A DNA stretch of 44,014 nt, from positions 1 through 44,014 of the forward strand of contig JAUQYZ020000257.1 of the NCBI GenBank assembly GCA_030587475.2, given 5' to 3'. The first letter of the stretch is position 1. Each line of letters starts with the position of its first letter. The DNA is from Candidatus Sigynarchaeum calidifontis. GTDB lineage: Archaea; Asgardarchaeota; Lokiarchaeia; Sigyniarchaeales; Sigyniarchaeaceae. A program made the translations under genes and the position numbers. This document shows, one piece after another, positions 36,609 to 44,014 of this stretch. The notes below the pieces were generated by a model. That model was not told where the DNA came from and did not search any database. It saw only the letters and a list, made by a program, of their open reading frames with translations.

Positions 36609-36707
36609 CTCGAACGCCCGTGAGCGAAATCGTACTATTCGTGCGTGATTATAAATCTTCTTTCAAGGATTTATACTAAAGCAATTCGACGTGAAGTCGA
36701 TGTATCT

Positions 36708-37454
36708 ATGAACGAGACCAATACCGGTTGTAACGCGACACGTTCCACGGTTCCTGGCCATGGTTTTGACTTGAGGCGGGGTTATCTATACGAGTCTATC
36801 GTGGGGGTGTTGGATCAAGAAGGGGTTCCGCACTTCGCGCCAATCGGTGTTCGTGTTTTGGAACTACACGATGACGGGCAATGCTTGCTCGAAGCACGCG
36901 TTTTCTCGACCGCAGCCACGTATTCGTGCTTGAAGCGCTGCGGGGAATGCACGGTACACTTTCCTGGGCTGTCCCAGCTTGATCTCTTTTTCCTGGCGTT
37001 CCGGGACGAATTGCCTGGCGTGTCCATGAAAATCGCCCCGCCGGCGATGATCAAGCGCGGGAGCTCGGTTCATTCGCCAGTCCACCTGGGTATCGCAAAC
37101 TATATCGAAGCGGGGGTTGCTTTCGTGGAAGACAAAGCCGTGAGCGACGTGATATCAACCTATGGCAGCGAAAGCAGCCGGCTTGGCATTTTCCATTTAT
37201 CATCGCGTGTCGTCGTGATCAACGACCCCGCTTCGAAGCCCATCAATCGTCAAGATGGCTTGATCCTCGAGTTCCTGGTGAAGGCAAGCCGCTTCCGCCA
37301 ATTCCCTTCAGGATCTGATGAGCAGCATGCCAGCTTATCCCAGCTGGTTGAGATTATCGAGAAAATGGAAAAAGTGGCTCCAGGGGATGATAAGAACGCC
37401 CTTGCTCGTGAAATCATTAGATCCTTTCAACGGGAGCCAAAGGGCAAGTCGTGA
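36708..37454 (+). CDS. DUF447-family (FMN split-barrel-like) protein
   Basis: YESIVGVLDQEGVPHFAPIGV, PINRQDGLILEFLVKASR. Confidence 0.7.
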   Translation: MNETNTGCNATRSTVPGHGFDLRRGYLYESIVGVLDQEGVPHFAPIGVRVLELHDDGQCLLEARVFSTAATYSCLKRCGECTVHFPGLSQLDLFFLAFRDELPGVSMKIAPPAMIKRGSSVHSPVHLGIANYIEAGVAFVEDKAVSDVISTYGSESSRLGIFHLSSRVVVINDPASKPINRQDGLILEFLVKASRFRQFPSGSDEQHASLSQLVEIIEKMEKVAPGDDKNALAREIIRSFQREPKGKS

Positions 37455-37539
37455 CCATGTGCGCCATCAAGTAAATTAATCTCGAGATAGAATAAGGTGT
37501 GAAGACACGATTTCATAGCATGGTGGAGTATCGAGACAC

Positions 37540-37980
37540 TTGCATCGAAACATTCAAGCCAAGATCAAGTCCTTTTTAGAGCAGAAGGATTTACGTTACG
37601 ATGTTGTTGATGACAGCACCATCATCGTGCCTTATGAAATCGAAAAGCGGCTATTCAAGCCGCTTATTGTCATCAACGGCCCGTGGATAACCATTTCTTG
37701 CCTAATCGTCAAGGGAAAGAACTTACCATCCACAAAGGAGCCATACTTGTTTCTATTATTCAAGAGGTTACTCATCGCCACCCACGAGCTTCCTGAGATC
37801 AATTACGACGTGGATGAAGAAAACAATATTTACACGAGCGTGGATATGCGCGCGGATATCACCGATTACAACAATTTCTTCAGCGAATTCTTTGCAGTAC
37901 CATACGGCGTGAAATATTTCATAGATAAAATAGCACCCGCGATGGATCCAAGAATCGAGGTCAAGGGATGCGAGGAATAG
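37540..37980 (+). CDS. YbjN / type-III-chaperone-like fold protein
   Basis: IKSFLEQKDLRY...strands...LFKRLLIAT...YDVDEENNIY pattern, 146 aa, TTG start. Confidence 0.55.
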   Translation: MHRNIQAKIKSFLEQKDLRYDVVDDSTIIVPYEIEKRLFKPLIVINGPWITISCLIVKGKNLPSTKEPYLFLLFKRLLIATHELPEINYDVDEENNIYTSVDMRADITDYNNFFSEFFAVPYGVKYFIDKIAPAMDPRIEVKGCEE

Positions 37981-38034
37981 CGTTATGAGACAAATTATGT
38001 TTTAATCATTTATTAGTTCGAGGCGATTTTCAAA

Positions 38035-40098
38035 ATGGACAAAGTAAATTTCCCTGTCGTTATTCATTTCCACCAGCCTGTCGACAACTTCGATGAAGTT
38101 ATCGAAGGTGTTTATAACCGCTGTTATAAACCGCTCATGGAACGCATCTACAATTCCAAGGTCAAGTTCACCTTGCATTTCACAGGTTCTATGCTAGACT
38201 GGTTCGAGAAGCGCCATCCCGATTACATCGACACGGTCAGAGACTTGTGTCATTCTAACCGGGTCGAACTAATCAGTGGCGGGTATTACGAGCCGATCCT
38301 TCCGGTTATTCCTGATGACGATAAGCTCGGCCAAATCAAGTTACTCACCGACAAGATCAAGAAAGATTTCGGCATACAACCAAAAGGGATGTGGCTTGCC
38401 GAGCGGGTTTGGGAGCCTTCCCTTCCCCGCATCATTGCCAAGGCAGGTCTGGAATACGTCATCCTCGACGATAATCATTTCAGGTCTTGCGGATTCGCAG
38501 AAGAGGACACCTATCATTATTACACGACCGAGGAGTCCGGCAGCATGATAAATGTTTTCCCGATAAACGAACCCGCGCGGTATCTTGCTCCATGGCAGCC
38601 CGTCTGGCGATTACGAGACTACCTGAACGGGGTAAAAAATGCCGCGGGAGACCGAATCGTGATTTACATGGCCGATGCCGAGAAGCTGGGTGAATGGGGC
38701 ACCACGCATCAGCTATGCTATATACGGGGGCACGATGGCGAATCCCCTTTCGTAGAAGCATTTTTCAAGTTCATTGAAACCACGGAGTGGATCAACTCGT
38801 TGACGCTATCCGAATGCTTAAGAAGGTTCCAGCCGAAAGGTTTATTGTATTTACCAAATTCCAGCTATGATAAAATGGAGGAATGGGTTCTCCCGACCGA
38901 ATCCAGGCGCAAGATCGAGATTATCAAGGAGAAAATAAAACATAACGAGGTCAACATCCCGTGGGATCTCGATTTGAACAGATTCGTGAGAGGCGGCTTC
39001 TGGCGCGGCTTCTTGTTCAAGTACCCTGAAGTTAACAATATGCACAAGAAGACATTGCACGTCCACGACAAGATCGCCAAGTACGAGATCGAGACCGGCG
39101 ACAAGCTCGGTGTTGGGGACGCGTGGCGCGAGCTGTACATGGCTGAGGCGAACGATTCTTATTGGCATGGCCAGTTTGGTGGTGTATATTTCAGTTTTTT
39201 GCGGCACTCTGTCTATAAACACGCGATCGAGGCTGAAAAGAAAGTTCAAGATCTGTATCGCGCAGTCAAGCGTCGTTCACTAACTCCCAAGGTTATTACG
39301 ACATCATTCTTGAAGGACGGCTTGAAACAAGTGCTACTTGAGACATCAAAGGTCAACGCGTACGTGAATCCCGAAGATGGCGGCACGCTATTCGAACTTG
39401 ATTACAAGGATCTCTCATACAACTTGATGAACACGCTCGCGAGGTGGAAAGAAGCCTACCATTTCGGCGGAAACAGCCAGAATCTCGTGATGGACAGTTA
39501 TCGGAAGGTCGCCCTTCGGGATCATTTCGCACGGCACGGCGTGAGCCCAGATAACTTCAAGCGAAACGCGTTCGAGAGTCTCGGCGGGTTTTCGACAGGA
39601 TCATATGTCATCCGCACGACCGACTCGGACGGGTTCCGGGTTCAAGTAAATCTCGAACGTGAAGGGGTGATCGATGGGATAAATATGCTTGTAGACAAGC
39701 GAGTTATGCTTAAAGAAGATAATGCTGAATTGCAAGTAAAATACCGCGTCCAAGGCGTTCCAACTGACTTTCTCGACAAGTACGATTTCATGATCGAGTT
39801 TCCGATTTATTTCAATGGCGAACCGAAGGAATTCTTGCTTCACCACGAAGGCGCCAATGGGAACCCGCTTCACGGGATGGCGTTCGATGCCTCGCATTTC
39901 ACGCTGGAGGACAGCAGTTACAAGCTTTCCCTGGAATTTGATTTATCTTGTCCGTTCAAGGTCTGGACATATTCACACGACACGTATTCACGCATGAACA
40001 CCGACGATTACCAATCCCGGTACCAAGCAATTGGCCTGGTCTTGCTCCCTACTGAGAAAGAATTCAAGATTTCTGTGAAGATGAGAAGCGGGAAATAA
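38035..40098 (+). CDS. GH57 4-alpha-glucanotransferase / alpha-amylase (with DUF1925/DUF1926-type C-terminal domains)
   Basis: HFHQPVDN, GGYYEPIL, GMWLAERVWEP, DAEKLG, SYDKMEEWVLP, KYPEVNNMHK, NDSYWHG. Confidence 0.92.
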   Translation: MDKVNFPVVIHFHQPVDNFDEVIEGVYNRCYKPLMERIYNSKVKFTLHFTGSMLDWFEKRHPDYIDTVRDLCHSNRVELISGGYYEPILPVIPDDDKLGQIKLLTDKIKKDFGIQPKGMWLAERVWEPSLPRIIAKAGLEYVILDDNHFRSCGFAEEDTYHYYTTEESGSMINVFPINEPARYLAPWQPVWRLRDYLNGVKNAAGDRIVIYMADAEKLGEWGTTHQLCYIRGHDGESPFVEAFFKFIETTEWINSLTLSECLRRFQPKGLLYLPNSSYDKMEEWVLPTESRRKIEIIKEKIKHNEVNIPWDLDLNRFVRGGFWRGFLFKYPEVNNMHKKTLHVHDKIAKYEIETGDKLGVGDAWRELYMAEANDSYWHGQFGGVYFSFLRHSVYKHAIEAEKKVQDLYRAVKRRSLTPKVITTSFLKDGLKQVLLETSKVNAYVNPEDGGTLFELDYKDLSYNLMNTLARWKEAYHFGGNSQNLVMDSYRKVALRDHFARHGVSPDNFKRNAFESLGGFSTGSYVIRTTDSDGFRVQVNLEREGVIDGINMLVDKRVMLKEDNAELQVKYRVQGVPTDFLDKYDFMIEFPIYFNGEPKEFLLHHEGANGNPLHGMAFDASHFTLEDSSYKLSLEFDLSCPFKVWTYSHDTYSRMNTDDYQSRYQAIGLVLLPTEKEFKISVKMRSGK

Positions 40099-40162
40099 AC
40101 CGGAGGAACATCGTTTGATATATTTCCTTTCACATCCATGAATCGGGGTTGATAGAAAAGGG

Positions 40163-41917
40163 ATGGAGTCGGCACCAAAAAAATACATCATAAACGAGGA
40201 TTTCTCGAGTGATTCTTTGAACCAGCTGTCATGGGTGACAACGTTTTTCACGGACACGTTGCATACCTTCCGGTGGTCTGGATTGTCCGGCATGGTTCTG
40301 GATCACGATGCCATGTCTGTCATAGGATTTTTGCCTGTATTTCATGCTGACGACGATGCTGTTTCTGGTTTTGCGATCTCCGTGGTGCGAAAGGATGATA
40401 CCATTCCTCCTCCATTGTTTGCAATTCCCGTGGGCATCAAGGTCGAGTCTGGGGCGGAGCGAGAACCACGCGACGCTGGCGCAATCGAAGCGATATTCCA
40501 GTTCAAGAACGGCATCCATGCATGCGCAAGGATCTTGATAAACGACATGGCTTTCTGGAAGATGCTCGGAAGGGTATTAATGAGTCAATCTGTTCCTAAA
40601 AAAGAGTTAATTTTCGATATGCTCGATCCAGGCTTTAGCATCGGTATAAAATCCATTGGTACACTAAAAGACGATGACATCGACTTGCTATTCCTGGGGG
40701 GCGGCGACACCACGAATATCGTTATAAAATTCAAGATGCATGCGAATCCGGGTATGGATTTCGTTCTCAAGTTTTATCCGCGGGTCGCTTTTAACACGTC
40801 AAGATTCCTGAACGACATGCTCGCGAGTGCCAGGTTCCATAAATTCGCCCGCTTGGTTGCTACGTGTGATTATACAATGGAAACGGTGCAACGGTTCTTT
40901 CACGATTCGAGATCCGGAGCATATTTCGATCAAATCGCGCTATCATGTGCAGCATTGAACTTTCCCGTCAATCGATTCTTTCCGTTCATCCATTTTTTTC
41001 AATTCATTCCCGGAAATGGCGATGGTGGAATGCCCTTCTGGAATTCAGCCGTAAGCCCATATCAAGACGAGATGAATGCCCCCGGGAACGATATCGTTGA
41101 CATCACCACGAGATTGGGGAAAACGATCGCGGAATTTCATCAAGCCTTACGTGGAAAGACGGTCTATTTTGCGGAAAACGGGGCATTTCAACTTCAAAAA
41201 CTAATTAGGACCGTGGAGAGCCAGTTTCGCACCATTAGAGCCCATTTAATCGAATATCAGAAAATACTTCCCAAAGAATACGCTGAAATGATCTCAAAGC
41301 TGATTCAAATGCTAGAATTCCAGGAAATCTCCAGAAAAATGATCCCTGACGAGGCCGAATATCAGAGATCTGCGTGTCAATATATCCACCAGGATCTCCA
41401 CATGGGCCAGCTCATGTACATCGATGCGCTGAAAGAGTTTTACATTCTTGACCTCGAGGGTGACCCGCAATTGCCCTGGAACGAGCGAATCGAGGGATCT
41501 CCAATTGAGCGAGACATTGCGTCACTAGTTCGTTCATTGTCCTATATCAAGATAACGGCATTACGGAATCGCATAGAACGCGAGTTCAAGGATGTCGTGA
41601 AAATGATTCCCCGGTTTAACGAAATTTATCCGCTGCTTTTCTTGGCATCTTCAGGTCTTGTCGATTACTTGTATTCCTTGCTCGAGCCAACTGTTATGAA
41701 CGCCCTTAAGAAACGCGTGACAGTATTGAACGCTTGGGAGAGAAACCTTCACGAGATTATTATAGATTCATATGCCCAGGAACAGCCCATCAGCAAGAAA
41801 AATCTCTTGTTTTTCACGCTCCTAAGGATCTTGAACGAAATCACCTACGAGATCAAGTTCCGGCCGGGGAATGTCTTTATACCATGCGTTGGATTGCTCG
41901 AGCTCATAGAGAAATGA
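40163..41917 (+). CDS. Maltokinase (Pep2/Mak)-like phosphotransferase
   Basis: LGKTIAEFHQAL, IHQDLHMGQ, ILDLEGDP, SPIERDIASLVRS, EITYEIKFRP. Confidence 0.75.
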   Translation: MESAPKKYIINEDFSSDSLNQLSWVTTFFTDTLHTFRWSGLSGMVLDHDAMSVIGFLPVFHADDDAVSGFAISVVRKDDTIPPPLFAIPVGIKVESGAEREPRDAGAIEAIFQFKNGIHACARILINDMAFWKMLGRVLMSQSVPKKELIFDMLDPGFSIGIKSIGTLKDDDIDLLFLGGGDTTNIVIKFKMHANPGMDFVLKFYPRVAFNTSRFLNDMLASARFHKFARLVATCDYTMETVQRFFHDSRSGAYFDQIALSCAALNFPVNRFFPFIHFFQFIPGNGDGGMPFWNSAVSPYQDEMNAPGNDIVDITTRLGKTIAEFHQALRGKTVYFAENGAFQLQKLIRTVESQFRTIRAHLIEYQKILPKEYAEMISKLIQMLEFQEISRKMIPDEAEYQRSACQYIHQDLHMGQLMYIDALKEFYILDLEGDPQLPWNERIEGSPIERDIASLVRSLSYIKITALRNRIEREFKDVVKMIPRFNEIYPLLFLASSGLVDYLYSLLEPTVMNALKKRVTVLNAWERNLHEIIIDSYAQEQPISKKNLLFFTLLRILNEITYEIKFRPGNVFIPCVGLLELIEK

Positions 41918-42034
41918 CCGGTCATTCAACGTTACTTCAGTATGTTGGAAAAGCATCACATATAAATTAGAGCATTATACCCAAGTGCTAGATAAAAAGG
42001 GTGGGACATGCATATCATTAGGTGATGGTTGTTC

Positions 42035-43192
42035 ATGGATGAAACATGGACCGGTGTTATTCTAGCTGGCGGCTTGGGTTCACGGTTGTTTCCATTGACC
42101 CAAGACATTCCGAAACCGCTCGTTAAAGTATGTGGAAAGGCGATGCTTGATTATGCAATAGATCACCTGAGATATGCGGGCATCAAGAAAATTATTATCG
42201 TGTTAAAGCACATGGGTGAAAAAATACGCGAGCATATGGAAAAACACTGGTTCAACGATGCTAATCGCCTCGGCGACCTGGAAATCAAGATTCCATATGT
42301 AGATTCCAAGGACACGGCAGATGCACTCCGCAGCGTTGACAACCTCATAAATACCGAGAATATACTCGTCTCCATGGGTGACATCGTTACCAATCTCCCG
42401 TTAAAGCGGTTTCTGGATTATCATTTGTCGAAAAAAGGATTCGCAACGATTAGCATGAAACCGATTGATGAACCCACGCAATATGGTGTCGTCATCTTGG
42501 ACGCCGATAAAAAGATCCACACGTTTCTCGAAAAACCGGACAGCCAGGAGCTGTACGTGAGTTCGATGATTCAGCGAACGGGCATGTTTCAACACACGAA
42601 CCTTATCAATACTGGCATTTATGCTTTTAACAAGGAAATCCTCCAGATACTGCGAAAAGAACATCAATTGATGGATTTCGGGAAGCACGTGTTCCGTTTT
42701 TTGCTTGAAAACAAGTATTCCATCTATGGTTTCGTTGAAAATTACTACTGGATGGATGTCGGCCAGCCGAGACCATACCTTTGGGCGAATTGGGACCTAC
42801 TACGAAAGCATGGTTGGCCGATCACGCCTCCCGGTTTTGAACACGATGATGGTCTCTGGTATGACAATTACCCTGTTCATGGCGATGGCCTCAAGTTACA
42901 CGGGCCCGTGTTCATTGGCAATAACGTTCGCCTTGGGCGCGAGGTGAATATTCTACCTTTGAGTGTTATTGGCGATGACGTGGATATAGGTAATCAGACC
43001 ACGATTGACAAGAGCGTCGTGTGGGAAAACGTCCAGATCGGTTCAAAATGCACCATTCATGAAACGATCATTTGCACCGGCGCGAGGATCGGGGATAACG
43101 TGAATTTAAACGAATGCGTGGTCGGCCCCGGATGTGTGATACTTCCCGGCTCGATTAAGCGATCTGAAAAGATCGTGCGTTCTTCTGGATAA
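42035..43192 (+). CDS. NDP-sugar pyrophosphorylase (sugar-1-phosphate nucleotidyltransferase with left-handed beta-helix)
   Basis: GVILAGGLGSRLFPLT...PKPL, GD, FLEKP, INTGIY, YWMDVG, hexapeptide repeats. Confidence 0.88.
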   Translation: MDETWTGVILAGGLGSRLFPLTQDIPKPLVKVCGKAMLDYAIDHLRYAGIKKIIIVLKHMGEKIREHMEKHWFNDANRLGDLEIKIPYVDSKDTADALRSVDNLINTENILVSMGDIVTNLPLKRFLDYHLSKKGFATISMKPIDEPTQYGVVILDADKKIHTFLEKPDSQELYVSSMIQRTGMFQHTNLINTGIYAFNKEILQILRKEHQLMDFGKHVFRFLLENKYSIYGFVENYYWMDVGQPRPYLWANWDLLRKHGWPITPPGFEHDDGLWYDNYPVHGDGLKLHGPVFIGNNVRLGREVNILPLSVIGDDVDIGNQTTIDKSVVWENVQIGSKCTIHETIICTGARIGDNVNLNECVVGPGCVILPGSIKRSEKIVRSSG

Positions 43193-43417
43193 ACTATGTA
43201 TAAAAAATGGCTTCGCTTGCCTCCTTTCATTACTTTAATGAGCAAATCTGGCTTCTCTATATGCAGTACGCGATCAAGAACTGTCTTCAGGGCAAAAATG
43301 TCGTAGTTCATTGCACAAGTAACGATATAACTGCTTGGAGTGTATATGCAATACAAAAAAATAATGGAAAAAAGCGAAGGTACTTATCGTTCTAGCTAGT
43401 GCCTTCTTTTTTATTGG

Positions 43418-43978
43418 TTAGATCTCTTCCGGACCGAACACTGCCCGACTGATCAAACCGCCAAGTAGCCCACCGAGAATCGAGAACCCGACGGGGGTGA
43501 TAATCGCACCACCTATGAAGGTTAAGGCGTTACCACCATACAAAATTACCTCGGGGATGAGATCCCTGCCAGCGATTACTTTCATCAGCATATAAAGGAG
43601 TATTTCCACGATGACAAAAACCGCTGCCGAAAGAATCCCCTTCTTGATGGATTGGGTGAAAAAGCCAGAGAGCAGGCCGCAAACCAGCCACGAGAGCATC
43701 GCTGGAAGGAAATACAAGAAGGGGTACTGGGTGGGATTCATTATCATCGCGATGATGTCCGGATTGAAGACGATACGAGAGTCGACCATAAACGCACCCG
43801 CATATGGATCCGGAAATCCGGCGCTAAAGAGTGCTGAGAGACTATTTGGTACGGTAAAGTTGGATATTATATCCGAGAATGTTTTAAAATTATCTCCACT
43901 TATGAGCGCAAATACGTGGGGGAGGAAGATCGAACCAACAATACCGACGAGCAATCCCAATCCTATGGCTCCTTTCAT
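43418..43978 (-). CDS. Hypothetical membrane protein
   Basis: About 4 hydrophobic helices with a Gly-rich C-terminal helix (GGLLGGLISR). Confidence 0.7.
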   Translation of the reverse strand: MKGAIGLGLLVGIVGSIFLPHVFALISGDNFKTFSDIISNFTVPNSLSALFSAGFPDPYAGAFMVDSRIVFNPDIIAMIMNPTQYPFLYFLPAMLSWLVCGLLSGFFTQSIKKGILSAAVFVIVEILLYMLMKVIAGRDLIPEVILYGGNALTFIGGAIITPVGFSILGGLLGGLISRAVFGPEEI

Positions 43979-44014
43979 CTTGTTACAGCTTCATATCATG
44001 CCGCGGATAGATGT

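Noticed and set aside
1-44014. CRISPR array, IS elements, integrase or prophage
   Set aside because: No regularly spaced repeats, terminal inverted repeats, or transposase/integrase/capsid motifs were seen.

Overview
A gene-dense 44 kb archaeal window that is very likely from an Asgard archaeon (Loki/Promethearchaeota-like). This is inferred from eL33/L35Ae, a GPN-loop GTPase, XPD, DHQ synthase II, an ESCRT-III/Snf7 gene, a RING-like protein and TPR-rich proteins. Housekeeping and metabolic genes include: MA1821/MA1822-type homocysteine synthesis, a heterodimeric ABC exporter, gatC, larA, a class III aminotransferase, two GH57 enzymes, a maltokinase-like kinase and an NDP-sugar pyrophosphorylase. 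The most unusual part is 9.5-26 kb. (i) A three-gene unit: two mirror-architecture proteins plus an MIT-like/GCS2 (carboxylate-amine ligase) fusion. (ii) An unannotated, ORF-free, highly base-paired ~310 nt minus-strand RNA candidate with its own TATA/BRE and oligo-U end, directly upstream of a PIN-TPR nuclease gene. (iii) A stand-alone ESCRT-III, a catalytically degenerate TPR-CHAT and a B-box/coiled-coil/PH-like/steadiness-box-like protein. No CRISPR array, tRNA, rRNA or transposase was recognised. All calls come from motif recognition by eye; no database searches were run.
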